In this document: in pieces, positions 25,421 to 38,689 of the stretch | Position numbering within the stretch: the first letter of the stretch is position 1 | Layout of the letters: every line of letters begins with the position of its first letter | Translations under genes and position numbers: made by a program | The notes under the pieces: generated by a model | Databases searched by the model: none | What the model saw: only the letters and a program-made list of their open reading frames with translations | Told to the model about the DNA's origin: nothing | NCBI GenBank assembly: GCA_002269645.1 | Contig: NIVC01001966.1 | Location: 153,464-217,463 of the forward strand | Direction: 5' to 3' | DNA: 64,000 nt | Source: Macrostomum lignano | Taxonomy: Eukaryota

Positions 25421-26339
25421 CGAAATGTAATTTCGAGTTTTTGGAAAATATGAATTAATGCGTATTTTACCAACCCAATTCATTATTTGTTTTTGACTCA
25501 AATATTGCAATATTGTCACACAGCTTTGATGTCCTGAAATGTAATGAAATGAAATGAAATGAAAAAACTTGATAAACTTGATAAACCTCCAAATAATTAC
25601 GCTCGTATTAAACATTACTGATATCCATCGAAGTACAGTGTAAGTTACGCCAAATTCTATAAGTATCACATTGACTGAATATTTCTATGATTCTACTGTA
25701 AGTAGCATCATAGTTATTTCGATACTGTTACTTTAGTTGGTACTTTGTTACTGCATGTGGACGTACGTACGTCTTACATAAGACAGCTCATATGTTCCTT
25801 TTGCAACGATCCCTTGTGAATTCGTTATTCCCGGGGTATCCGCTTATAAGCGCCTCTGCCCACCCACCTTTTCGGTTGTGTGTAATTGTGAGCGCCTCTT
25901 GAGCTGATATACGAAGAATTTCAAGTGGGTTTCCCGAGTACCTGTGTATTTTGTGGTTGATACATGTGTTAAGCATGTTTTGTAGTAGAAAAATTATCGT
26001 TGTTTGTAATCCTGATGAGTATTTTTTTAGTTGGAGAGTAAAGTATTTTTGTACTGTATAGCGTCTAGTGTAATCTAGTCAACAATGAGGTCAATGCGTT
26101 TTCGTAGTAATGATGTTACAGTGTGGTTTGTTAAAGGCATGTATCATATCGTATTTCATTATTTCGCGCGCATAACCGTACTACTTGTAATCATTCATTC
26201 ATTTTAACAATATTCTATATGTAATGCGCTTATGCTCCTTTTGTATTTGTGGATATTTGTCGCCTCGCATGTATTTATTATATTATTTATATTTTATGCA
26301 CAACGCCATTACACGCGTAATTCGTACTGCGTCAGAGAC

Positions 26340-26456
26340 TCGGAGGCGAGCTAGCTGGTGATGGAGCCGACCGCCATCCGGGGAAGCTGCGCTGTTCGCC
26401 ATGGTGAACCTGTGGGTCGGCGATACCGACATGTTGGACAAGCGACTCACCGGCAG
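26340..26456 (+). pseudogene. Lectin exon 1, 3' half, degenerate
   Basis: CGGAGGCGAGCTAGCTGGTGATGGAGCCG...CTGTGGGTCGGCGATACCGACATGTTGGACAAGCGACTCACCGGCAG|GT, with indels. Confidence 0.75.
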
Positions 26457-27056
26457 GTATGGCTTTTAACGTCAACAGTAGGATTTTAATTACAACTGTT
26501 ATTGTAAACTTTTTGCAAACATTATTAGGGAGTATCAACACAATCCAGCGATCTGTTTTTAGAAAAAAACTTTCGCTGTTCGATAAATTTAGAACAAGGA
26601 TGACATGCTGGCTCTACAAAGTGGTCTCGAGCACCGCAGGCAGGATGAGCGACGTCTGGGCAGGGCAGGCAGAGAAGTGGAGGAGAGCGTTGCAGGAGAT
26701 GGAGTCCTCACGTGACGCTTCACTCAATTTTCACTCAAAAATCTGACCCACTGGCAGAATTGTTGAATATCTCAACTGTCCGGAAAACTGACGACTTGAT
26801 TCTTGTTTAATAAGGTTTGCAACGAGACCAAGGAACACAGCAATATAGTAAGTTAGATTCTGCCGAATTCTATGAGCGTTGTGCTATATCAGCCAATCAG
26901 GATGAGCGATACGGGTGACAATGAGGAAAGTGTTTCTAAGCCGAATTCAATTGGACATTGGGGTTTCCAATGGAATTTGGATTTAAACAGAAGCCCGATA
27001 CGCTTTCAAGGCTGCAGAGTCTCCTGAAGTTTTTAATAACATTTAACTCTGAAGTG

Positions 27057-27940
27057 ATGTCGACACCAAGGGTGCTCCTTCTCGCCCTGCTGAGCCTCGC
27101 CTGCCTGCGCAGCCTGCAGTCCTGCCAGCCGCCCTACCAGCCCGTGTCCGGCTTCTGCCTGCTCGTGAACACCACAGCCGCAGTCGGCTGGTGCCAGGCA
27201 GCTCGTCTGTGCCAGGCCGTCGGAGGCGAGCTGGTGATGGAGCCGGCCGCCATCCGGGCAGCTGCGCAGTTCGCCACGTACTCGTGGCTCTGGGTCGGCG
27301 TCACCGACATGCTGGAGGAGCGGCTCACCAGCAGGTGAGGCAATCAGCATCGAGTATCTAGTGTTTCTATCTTAAAGCTAATTTGGTGCTACTTTTGCGG
27401 AATAAAAAACTCTGAAAATCTCATCTGAATGCTCATTCATTAGTCTTCAATGCGTAAAGATGACTATAGCTTAAATTATAATAGCTGATCTGATATTCTC
27501 ATCTTCTCAGGAGCGGCTGGCGCATGACCAATGGAAGCGAATTTGTTGCCCCAGACTCTTACTGGAGATCTGGCTGGCCAGATAATGGAGGCAGCTCGGA
27601 TGACATGCTGGGTCTAATCAATGGTCTGCTTTACGACTTTGTCTCATCAAACGCCATCGGCTTCGTCTGCCAGCCCGTGGCGACGCCGAACAGCGGAACC
27701 TTCCGTCGGACCAGCTTCCTGCAGCTGGGCGACATCACGCCCTACTACTGCTACACGGAGGTGCAGTCGGTGCAGCGCAGGCTGCTCTGCGTTCGCCAGT
27801 GCGCTGCCCGCTGGGAGTGTCGGGCGGCTCTGTTCAACCGGGCCGAGTCTCGCTGCCGCATGCTGGACTTCGCCGACGCGAGCGCGGGCGACGCCATCGA
27901 GAAGAGCGGCGCTTGGGAGAAGTTCGTCAAGGTCTACTGA
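27057..27940 (+). CDS. Secreted C-type lectin + PAN/apple-like protein, intact copy B (235 aa)
   Basis: Exons 27057-27334 and 27511-27940; same structure as copy A. Confidence 0.85.
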
Positions 27941-30140
27941 GAGAAGCAGCGATGGCTAACATGGCTATTTGAATTAAAACAACTCTTGATCCACAGGAGA
28001 GCAGCTTAACCAAAACTGGCAGAAACTGAACTCGAGTGCGCAATGTTAGCTCGAACGTAGTAGCAAAATACCACAAGCTTACTAAAGGCAAAAAACCGTA
28101 TTCACAACTTCTAGATTGTTTGTTCCAACAGTAAATTTTTATTTTGATCTCAAATTTATCCCCCACTTTTCCCAGTCAAATAAGTCTATGGTCCAGTGTT
28201 GAAGCATTTATTTGTCCGGGACGAAGAAATATTTATTTGTCCCGGACGAAGAAACGATATATTTATTTCCGTTTCGATCAGAACCATAGACTGTTGAGCT
28301 ATAGTTCTTTTTTTCCACAAGACCGAGCCAAGTTGTGGAAAAATACTATCTCTCCCGTTTATTCATTTATCTGAAGGAATATCAACCTTCTGCTGGGGGA
28401 AGAAGGCACTTTGTGAATATTACTCTAAGTGCCTCAAACTCAAACTGAGTAAGTTTTTCTTACTCAAATGCGCGCGCATCTTAGACTTGGACTCATAGTT
28501 CAGACTAGTTTAGATGAATGAATCAAAGAGACGAGTGCATTTGTATTTTACGCTTGATATTCTCATGCAGTTCTTTGTTAGTTTCCGAATTTCAGTCTCG
28601 GTGAGGATGTAAAAGTATTTAGAAAATGAAGTTTCAAAGTTGTTGCAATTTGCTGTTTTCACCTGAAACGATGTAGTTGTGCAATTACGTTCGCCCATAA
28701 TTTAGATCATGCTTTGGACATTAAAAAAGTTTAAGAGCTATCAGTTGATTGTTTTTAGTACCCCTATACCCCAGCCTTGGCTTGTTGAGCACACGGCCTG
28801 CTGTATCTGTGGCAGCTTTCTCTAATTTCCAAATATTTGCACGAGTACCATGTCGTGTATCGAATTTTCTTCTAGAAGTTTCATTGTGCCTGGGTACCAG
28901 CGCGAGGCATCACTCAAGTTTAGCAGTAAGCGGATGAGGAGTTTGCTTTTCTACTTTTTTACGGAAGCTGAGGCTCATGCTTTACGCGATGGCAATGAGG
29001 CAAAGACATTGTCATGGCGTGAATAATCGCTAAAGCTTTTTTGAGCCCACAGAGGAAGACAAATATTGATTTAATTGCACTGGGTGCGAAGGAGAGTTTT
29101 CGGAGTCAACCACAGTCAGCGATCTGAGAGACTTTCTCAAGACACTCGCCAGGAAGTTTCACTTCCGGTAGTAATATGTTGACTCAGTGTTGGTGTTATA
29201 AACGCAGTAGTGTAGCTGATTGAGTATATTTCTTAGTCAACAAGCAACACAGTTAAGAGAGGATGAAGCCAGAGGGCGAAAGCGATTTGATCGCTATAGC
29301 AGTTTCAGACATTGACAAAGGCTATACAGCATCGTCCGAGAAAAATCTAGAATTGGGGAAACTAAAGGCAGTCACTATAATTAGCATAGATACGAACTGC
29401 AATTTACAATTAATGGCTGGCACAAGCATGAATTCGCTCTATTTCTTCTGGGGTAGGGCGATGCATAGACATCAGCAATCGGTAGCGTGCAACAAACGAA
29501 ACGAAAATCAACAGGGAAAGTCGACGAATGCGTTGAATTGTCAGCAATCACTCTTCTTGAGACCGAAATAGTAGTAACGTAGGTATTCGTAGAGCTTCCA
29601 CGAGTCCATAATGACGCAGTCGTCCTCCGTATGCTCCCATTAGAGAGGACTTGAAGTATCCACCGTGGCGCATCATCTGCTCTTGAGTCGTCTTTGGCAG
29701 AGACCTTAACTCCACGGCGTCCAAGTCAATTGTCGCATGTTCAACTGGAAGCTCCGGCAATGGTCCATATCACCAGGTTTGGTCAGCCATTAGATAAAGT
29801 TGAAAAGCACCGCGTCATCCTGGTGGTCATCCTGGTCATCCTTGGCACTCAGTTCAGATATCAGCTGGCTTAACTCACTACTTGTCACACTGTGAGATTG
29901 GCCCCAGTTGATGAGAGCCATGTTTAATAAGAATAGCTGAGACGTAGGAGAAGCTCTCGCATAGATCTTATATCAAATCACCGCTTCTTGGAATGAATGG
30001 TTCCCATAGACTCAATGGTTTTGCTGGGTGCCACTGAGTGGCCTATCTTGTGTATATAAAATCTATGCTCTACACTAAGGTCTCTCTCGTCTATCTGTCT
30101 TCCTAGCTAGCGCCTCCCTCCATCATCTTTAGGCCCCACC

Positions 30141-31429
30141 CACAGAACTTACACAGAATGCTCAGTCAGCTTTTTTTTAGAATAGAACTGAGTAGAAATA
30201 GATGCGCGCTCACACTACTTTGTCGATGAAGAGGAATGAGTAGCCATAGGTTTGTCTATGGCCAAAACCTCGGGTTTCCGCGAGCGCCTATGAGGCGAAG
30301 GCTTAGTATGTTGCGAGAGTCAAAACAAAGTTAGCCGTCTAGATAATACAAAATCTGTGCTTTGGACTGCGTGGCTTTGAGTATTAAGAGAGGAAGAAGA
30401 ATTTTTGCTAAGCAAAATTCTGAGATGTGGCGGTCCACTGCCGCCAACTTATTAACATAATGCGGACTGCAGAGCTTTGCCTAAATGCCTCTCTTACTTT
30501 TATATCTATGGCCCAAATAGACGCTCAAATTGAGAAGCCAGGCCGAACTTGAGGCCTGGCAAGTGGACTTTCTTTACTCGCTCGCACAGCCTTAGGCGAG
30601 CCGCTACAGAGAAGCTAATTGCTTTATGCCATCTGCAAAATCACGGACACAGTGCGCAGCCTACGGCTGCCCAAACTGCACTTTTGAATGTCCACCTGGA
30701 ACACGATTCCACAGGTTTCCATCAGACCGTGATTGGTGAGTTGCAGATTGCGAAATGACCAACTTCGTCATTCTTTCTGTAGAAGCCTTCGTACTTTTCG
30801 TACCTTTATCTACATTTAGCAACTGCGACTGATATAATTGAAATTACAGGTGTGAAGATTGGGCTCGACGGATATTCCGAGCTGACCTTATAGGCAAGAA
30901 GCTGTTCGAGCACAAATGGGCGAATGCTGTTGTATGCAGTCAGCACTTCGAGGACCACATGTACATGTGTCCGAAAAATTGTCACGAGGTTCACAGTCGA
31001 CTTGCTTGGAATGCAATTCCTACGCAAAAAGCTCTACAAGCAAGCCGTAACAAAGCAAATACATCGGCTGCCTCCAAAGCAGAGAACTGATTCTCCAGCA
31101 TCTCTGCATCAAACTCGCGGAAGTGGTAAAGTGCAAAACGAGAATGAAGTTCCTTTTATGAGCATGCATACTTGTGTCATTTGAATAAAAAACGTACATT
31201 TAAACCGTTTAAAACATTATGATACATAGAAAGACATGATACACTGTACCTTGAGTTAGTGTCTTTTGTACTGAAAAGTCGACAATGGTATAGCAGTTTT
31301 ATCTCAAATCACAGCTATAGTCTATGGCTACTCATTCCTCTTCATCGACAAAGTAGTGTGAGCGCGCATCTATTTATACTCAGTTCTATTCTAAAAAACG
31401 CTGACTGAGCATTCTGTGTAAGTTCTGTG
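30141..31429 (+). mobile_element. Non-autonomous P-superfamily element with ~109-bp TIRs
   Basis: TIRs 30141-30249 and 31322-31429 (CACAGAACTTACACAGAATG...GAATGAGTAGCCATAG, 2-3 differences); 8-bp target duplication GCCCCACC/GTCCCACC with one mismatch; encodes a THAP domain. Confidence 0.85.
30626..31090 (+). CDS. THAP-domain-only protein (116 aa), two exons
   Basis: Exons 30626-30735 and 30850-31090 (GT-AG, phase 2): MPSAKSRTQCAAYGC..FHRFPSD..W..RIFRADL..VVCSQHF..RLAWNAIPT, i.e. C-x4-C-x50-C-x2-H plus an AVPT-like motif; AATAAA at 31184. Missed by the ORF track because of the intron. Confidence 0.75.
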
Positions 31430-32099
31430 GTCCCACCCTTGTCTATCAGTTTCGTCTGTGGCACAACTTACCAGTGCCTCCAACTCCACTATCCCAACTC
31501 CCCCTTCACATCCTGCGTTTTCGTCTGCGACGTAATCTACGCACATTCACAGTGCTGAAATAATGACAGCAGCCCGCAAGAGACAGCAGGCTAAGTGACT
31601 GCCAAATGTAAGAAGAAAACTGAAATAATGTCCATATGTGTCCGATATGCAATGAAATTTTTTAGTGTGTATCGTCGTTAGAAAATGGCCAAAACACGAG
31701 CGAGCGTACCTACACACTAAGCAATCGCCCATTAATTTTTAAACAGTCAGAGTTTCACTGACATGGATTATTTAATGCTGGCGAATCAAACGACTGGCTG
31801 CTAAAATAAAGCAGCTATCAATCTTGTAGTCCTGAGGCTTGTACGAAATCAAAATTTTCGCTTGTTTCAGCCCTCTGCACTCTGCAGCCTATCAAAATTG
31901 GACATCGAGCTGCTGGAAGCGGAGAAGCAGCTCCGTCTGCTGAAGCTACGCAAAGAAACGGCCTCGGTCACTCTGAAGCGATGGCACACAGGGATAAAGG
32001 TGCAGAGGCTTGCCGGCCGCTGCATTAACTGAGTGCAGATTCTGTTTTAACTTCCCTTATTTTATCGACTGATTTGCGGCTGGATGCATGAATAGATGA

Positions 32100-33050
32100 G
32101 TTGGAGCGCATTGACTTGCCGCCCAGGCGAGGAAGAAGTTCATTCTGGACGCTTTGCTGAAGGTTTACGATATCTAATTTGCAGCTGGCCTCGCCGAAGG
32201 CATTTGAGGTCAGTAACTACGAGTCGGTCCAAATGTACTCTGACGCGGTTGAGTCGCAGATTTTGAGAGAGCCTTACCGGGACGCTACCGCCAGTGCCCG
32301 GATGGGTGGCGGCCGCGGACGATCACCGCTTTGGGAGCCTTGCTGAAGGCGGATGTCATTTCTGGGAATTGAGTTCGACACTGTTCAAGCTGTCAAGAAG
32401 TTGCCCGATGATAAGGCGAGGAAGCTGATTCAGCTGGTTGAGGAGGAGTCGGTCAAGGTGAGACTGAGTCAGCGGGAGCTCAAACAGCTCATTGGCAAGC
32501 TTGGGTGGGCGGCGCAAGTCATCACCAGGTCATCGAGCGGTGCAACGCCCTGCAGCGGGGTCAAATGACGTTGACGGATGTGGATGCTAAGTTGCGCAGC
32601 CAGCTGAACTGGTGGAAGATGGCCCTTCAGTCGTGTCGCTGGGTACAGCTGTGGACATGCTATCGAGGAGTCATGACCATTGAGTCGGGTTCGTGTGGGA
32701 GAGGCGATGCTGCGCTGCTGCGCAGTCCCTCTGGTTGGTGGAACTGGTGCTACGTGGATTGGGTGAAGGATTCGGAAGCAGTTTTTACTGGCTTGCCGAT
32801 CGATTACAAGGAGGCTTTCGCTCCTCTGCTGGCGGTGCTGAGGTGGAGAGAAGAGCTGAGAGGCTGCAAAGTGAGTATTTTCTGCGACAACCAGCCCGTG
32901 TGCCACATCATCAATAAACGCGTGTCGAGGTTCGCTGAGCTGCAACGGCTGCTGCAGACGGTCGCGCTGATGTGCCTGCGGTGGAACATGAGCGTTTGTG
33001 CGTGTCACATTCCGGGTGAATTTCAGATTTTTGCCGATGCCACCATGAGC
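32100..33050 (+). mobile_element. DIRS/Ngaro-like retrotransposon RT-RNase H remnant
   Basis: FLGIEFDT..KLPDDKARKL..RELKQLIGKLGWAAQVI; IDYKEAFAPLLAVLRW..GCKVSIFCDNQPVCHIINK..HIPGEFQIFADA; central RT deleted, no recombinase ORF seen. Confidence 0.8.
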
Positions 33051-33199
33051 GCAGTCAGCTGCTTAAATTTTTTATTCGCTGCTACAATTTCGTTTGGCCA
33101 TATGTTTTAAATTCACTGTATCGATAGGCTTTTGTCTCGGCCGAAAGCGGCTGGTGTCACCAGTTTTGCTGGTTGAGATTCGGCGACGAGTGGACGAAA

Positions 33200-33420
33200 C
33201 TGATGGTCACCAGCTCATGAAACTTCATCCAAGGTTCATGAAACTTGCACTGTTCTATCAGAAATTTTTCGATGACTGTACAGTGGCAAAAAACCTGCTC
33301 AATGCCAAAAGGATTAAGTACCAGGGTACTTGAAAGCATAACTTTTGCAATGCTAAAATAGAATTTTCGACTATGATTTTCAAAGCAAAAAACCTAAAGA
33401 CTGAATTCTGATTTTGATAA
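33200..33420 (-). mobile_element. Diverged inverted copy of the Helitron-like tail family
   Basis: Reverse complement resembles 38990-39190 (TCAGAATTCAGTC, AGAACAGTGCAAGTTTCATGAA). Confidence 0.55.
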
Positions 33421-33429
33421 AATTGTTTC

Positions 33430-33770
33430 TGTGTTCAAATGTAGTGCATGCGCCCTTGTCTGTTTGGGGCTGGCTGGGTTGGCGGGCGTGGCAGGGTCTG
33501 GCCGGCGACCGGGCTTTGCGCGTGCCCCTCCCCAGCCATGCGTCCTGCCCCGTGCTCAGGGCTGGTTGGCTGCGGCCGGGCCGGCTTTGACGCGGGTGCG
33601 CCCCCCCCCCAGGCGGGATTTTGATTGGCTGGCCAGTGCGTCCAGTCTATTTATCCTTTCGTGCTCTATTTTGCTCGGCTCAGCCTGTGGGGCCGTCTTT
33701 CCCCCCCCCCCAGGTCTGTGGTGGTATTTATTAACCCCCCTCACTTCGTACTGCGACATTGAGAAAAGAA
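33430..33770. mobile_element. GC-rich possible terminal repeat of the DIRS-like element
   Basis: GC-rich block with poly-C runs directly after the RNase H remnant and the inserted fragment; no second copy found in the window. Confidence 0.25.
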
Positions 33771-34829
33771 TTGTTTTTCTTCTAATAAGAAATTTAGTTA
33801 AAACAAATTTTCAAGTTGTACGACACCACAAATAAATCGACAACGACCCAAAAGGGCAAGCAGAGCAAGCCAAAAGCCAGCTTAAACGCGCATCTGATAA
33901 CCCGGCCACTGGTAAGCCGCCTGCTTGAGTTCAGTCTTTTCTGGGAAGCTTGTTAGGCTGCAGGGAGTTTTGGCCAGAGCGTCATAACGCCTGTCAGTAA
34001 CAGTGTCACCATTGGCAGAGCGTCACAACGCCTGTCAGTAACAGTATCACCATTGGCAGAGCGTCACAACGCCTGCTGGTACAACCGTATAGTACTTGGG
34101 CTGGGCACCTGAAACGACCCGGGTTACTACACAAAACTTTCATCCCCAGAAATACATGTCAAACTCGACCCCGTTGATTGAAGCAACTCTCACCCCGTCC
34201 CAATCTGTCTCACAGAAAATCTCACATGTCTCAGAAGATTTTCTGTGACCTGTCTTCAGTTTATGACATATGGCGAATGTAAAATGAATAAGAATAAATT
34301 CTATATGCATTTAGTGTCAACTAGCAATCTACGCCCCCCGTTGGGGAGCCAAAGAAATGCAATACACGTTTTTTTAATAAGCTACATGTATCCTTGAAAT
34401 CTTAAAAAATCTCCTATCAAACCTTGTAAGCCTTGACATGTCAGTAATTCCCCCCCACAAGCTTTAACATATCAACTTCCCCCCTTGACATCTCAGCCAT
34501 GCCCCCAATAAGCCTTGGAAATCTAAAAATATCTGTCAACCTTCTAACCCTAACCCTAACCTAACCCTAAAGCATTGAAATTTCAGTAATTCTCTCTAAG
34601 AGTCATTATAGCACTACTACAGCATTATAGCGATTCCCTGCAAGCCTCGACATCGTAGGGATTCCCAAATGAATCTCTTAACTTCGACATGAAGCTTCTT
34701 TTATTTTTTACATTACGCTTTTTTAATCAGCGATCCCTCCCCTGAGGAGGCATCAAATAATGTAATAAAAAGTTTTCAATAAACTACATGTAGCTTCTGA
34801 CTTTAGCCTTGAAATCTCATTTATACCCC

Positions 34830-36021
34830 TGTGATAAAAAGGCAATTAGATAATAGCATGCACGGTAAGCAATTATTTAGGCCCTAGACAAACCTACTTG
34901 GAGCGTTTGAAGATTTTAAAGCTATTAATCCTAATCGCCTATCGCCGGTCGGCGAGTCCTACCAGTCTTTCTCCAATAGCCGCAGGTACAGTACAAGAAA
35001 ATAAAGAACACGAGGGAACACAAACCGAAAGATTTAGAGAGTGATAATCCTATTTCAAGAATAACTAACTTGATTGACGGTTTAATTTGATTAGCTGAGT
35101 TACAAGATTTAGAGCAAATTCGCGGCGCAGATAATTAGACTGATAATAACGAATAGTAACGATTAATAATAATGATTATATTACGCACTGACAAGCGGAT
35201 CTCAGCTTGAAGAAGAAGAAGGAGGAGGCACCGAACACAGGACCACGGAGAAAGACTCCTAACCCCTGGCCTAAGCCAGAACCTACTCTCAAACGAGAGC
35301 CCTGCCGAACCGACCGTTCAACGGAGTACCGACTAAATTCTATCGGCACTGCCCTTCAGTGTAACACTGAGGCCCTCGGGGTCGAGGCCGCGTACTTGAT
35401 CAGATCCGACAGTCTCTATCTAACCGCGCTTGATAGCGACGACTTCAGACAGAAATTTGCCGTAGACGTTACGCCACAAGACTACTGCGGTTGAGCGGGA
35501 ACAAAGATATGGACCGGGGGTGATGAATTCAGGCGCCTCAAAGCGCGAACCAACAAGAGGAGAAAAATCGGGCCACCGGCCGGGAACTGGACAAGACAAA
35601 ACCGGGGAAAGGGAGCAGGCGAGATCCGATTGCCAAAACACACTTTCATATATAGTCAGAGTCACAACCCCTCAAAACCCCCTCAAGCCGGGTGGTGGTC
35701 GTCTGGCTGGCCGCTTGCTTAAGCCGAATTGCACTGTGCCCGCGGCGCCGGGTAGAATTGGAACTTGCCGCGTGCCAGGGTCCAGGCCGGTTCTGATTGG
35801 CTGACCGCGCAAAGCTGGGGTTCGCAGACAAACTCAACCCTCCGCTGAGTCACAAAATGCGTCTGACTTCTAGCCTGTTTACGCAAAATTGATTCCAACT
35901 AACAAGGAAAAAGTACACCAAAAACGTATGACTAACTAAAGCAAAATAACAATTCAATAACAATATAGAAACTAATGCAGTCAATTTACAACAAAATACA
36001 CGCAAAGATGCTCACACTACA
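34830..36021. mobile_element. Probable solo LTR, 1192 bp
   Basis: Ends TGT...ACA, flanked by CCCC on both sides (34826-29, 36022-25); interrupts the degenerate repeat of the host element; no coding homology. Confidence 0.6.
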
Positions 36022-36599
36022 CCCCCGTGAGCCTTGACATCTCAGCTATTCCCCCCGTAAGCCTTAACATGTCAGCGATGGCGCCCATAAACCTTGAAAT
36101 CTGAAAAATCCCCTGCTAACCTTGAAACTCGATAAAATATAACCCTCAACCCACACCTGACCTAAACCTAACTTTAACCCAACATAAAGCCTTGAAATCT
36201 CAGCAATTCTTCTCCCCTAAGCCTTGACATTTTAGTGATTCCTTCTTTAAGAATCACAGCACTATAACGATTTCCACCTAGCTTTGACATCGTAGCAATT
36301 CCCAAATGAATCTTTTAACTTCGACATGACTTTTCTTTTATGTATATATAGTGCTACTTTTATTTTTTACATGACTCTTCTTCTATCAGCGCCTCCCGTG
36401 GCGAGCCAACAAAGAATGCAATAAAAAAAATTGAGTAAAGTACATGAACTTTGAATTAGCTTCTGACTTTTGCTTTGACATCTCAGAAACCCCCCCCCCC
36501 CGTAATCTCAGTTATTCTCTGAGAGCCTTGACGTCTCAGTTTTTCTCCCCAGCACAGCATTATAGCTGCATTTAATTTTTCCATGACACCTTTCATGTC

Positions 36600-38640
36600 T
36601 GACATGACGCTTCTTTTATTCTACTATGATGCTTCTTAATTTTTTAAATGACACTTTCATTAGTTTTTAAATGACGCTTCTATGATTTTTTCATGACGCT
36701 TCTATGATTTTAACATGACGCTTCTATGATTTTTTCATGACGCTTCTATGATTGTTTACATGACGCTTCTATGATTGTTTATATGACGCTTCTATGATTT
36801 TTAAAATGACGCTTCTATGATTTTTTAAATGACGCTTCTATGATTGTTTACATAACGCTTTTATGATTTTTACATGACGCTTCTATGATTGTTTACATGA
36901 CGCTTCTATGATTTTTTACATGACTCTTCTATGATTTTTACATGGCGCTTCTATGATTGTTTACATGGCGCTTCTATGATTGTTTACATGACGCTTCTAT
37001 GATTGTTTACATGACGCTTCTATGATTTTTTACATGACGCTTCTATGATTGTTTACACGATGCTTCTATGATTTTTTTCATGACGCTTCTATGATTTTTT
37101 ACATGACGCTTCTATGATTTTTACATGACGCTTCTATGATTTTTACATGACGCTTCTATGATTGTTTACATGACGCTTCTATGATTGTTTATATGACGCT
37201 TCTATGATTTTTTACATGACGCTTCTATGATTTTTTACATGACGCTTCTATGATTGTTTACACGATGTTTCTATGATTTTTTACATGACGCTTCTATGAT
37301 TGTTTACATGACGCTTCTATGATTATTTCATGACGCTTCTACGATTTCTGCAGGACGCTTCAATGATTTTTACATGACGCTTCTATGATTTTTACATGAC
37401 GCTTCTATGATTTTTATATGACGCTTCTATGATTTTTTATATGACGCTTCTATGCTTTTTACATGACGCTTCTATGATTGTTTACATGACGCTTCTATGA
37501 TTGTTTACATGACGCTTCTATGATTTTTAAATGACGTTTTTTTGATTTTTATATGACGCCTCTATGATTTTTTAAATGACGCTTCTATGATTTTTATATT
37601 ACGCTCTTACGATTTTTTACATGACTCTTTTTTGATTTTTACATGACGCTTTAATGATTTTTTCATGACGCTTCTACGATTTTTTGCAAGAAGCTTCTAT
37701 GATTGTTTACATGACGCTTCTATGATTGTTTGCATGACGCTTCTATGATTGTTTACATGACGCTTCTATGATTTTTTACATGACACTTCTATGCTTTTTA
37801 CATGACGCTTCTATGATTTTTTACATGACGCTTCTATGATTTTTTACATGACGCTTCTATGATTTTTACATGACGCTTCTATGATTTTTACATGACGCTT
37901 CTATGATTGTTTACATGACGCTTCTATGATTGTTTATATGACGCTTCTATGATTTTTTACATGACGCTTCTATGATTTTTTACATGACGCTTCTATGATT
38001 GTTTACACGATGCTTCTATGATTTTTTACATGACGCTTCTATGATTTTTTACATGACGCTTCTATGATTTTTTACATGACGCTTCTATGATTATTTCATG
38101 ACGCTTCTACGATTTCTGCAGGACGCTTCAATGATTTTTACATGACACCTCTATGATTTTTACATGACGCTTCTATGATTTTTTACATGACGTTTTTTTG
38201 ATTTTTATATGACGCCTCTATGATTTTTTAAATGACGCTTCTATGATTTTTATATTACGCTCTTACGATATTTTACATGACGCTTCTATGATTGTTTACA
38301 CGATGCTTTTATGATTGTTTACATGACGCTTCTATGATTGTTTACATGACGCTTCTATGATTGTTTGCATGACGCTTCTATGATTGTTTACATGACGCTT
38401 CTATGATTGTTTACACGATGCTTCTATGATTTTTTACATGACGCTTCTATGATTGTTTACATGACGCTTCTATGATTGTTTGCATGACGCTTCTATGATT
38501 GTTTACATGACGCTTCTATGATTTTTTACATGACGCTTCTATGCTTTTTACATGATGCTTCCACGATTTTTTACATGACACTTCCACGATTTTTTACATG
38601 ACGCTTCTATGATTTTTTACATGACGCTTTTATGATTTTT
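36600..38640. repeat. 21-22-bp satellite array
   Basis: Unit ACATGACGCTTCTATGATTTTT(T) / ...GATTGTTT, about 2 kb. Confidence 0.97.
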
Positions 38641-38689
38641 TTAGTTTTCTTGGCGTTAAAGAGCTTTAATTAAAAAACTCTACTCTCTA

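Larger units (their letters stand above)
29188..31745. mobile_element. TG...CA insertion with imperfect 5-bp target duplication (solo-LTR-like), host of the P mini-element
   Basis: Absent from the paralogous spacer, which reads ATGTTGTCAGAG at about 48611-48622; ends TGTT/AACA, flanked by CTCAG and GTCAG. Confidence 0.4.
28050..31890 (+). repeat. Intergenic spacer paralogous to 47470-48760 (segmental duplication unit of the lectin cluster)
   Basis: Collinear shared blocks: AAGCTTACTAAAGGCA (about 28077/47475), GGATGTAAAA..TTAGAAAAT (about 28605/48140), GTCAGCGATCTGAGAGACTTT..CACTTCCGGTAGTAATATGTTG (about 29115-29181/48550-48616), TTGTAGTCCTGAGGCTTG..AATCAAAATTTTCGCTTGTTTCAGCCCTCTGCA (about 31825/48690). 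Confidence 0.75.

Noticed and set aside
34546-34572. Interstitial telomere or chromosome fusion scar (CCCTAA)n; similar words at 24780 and 49135
   Set aside because: Only 3-4 imperfect units, recurring as part of the dispersed repeat family.
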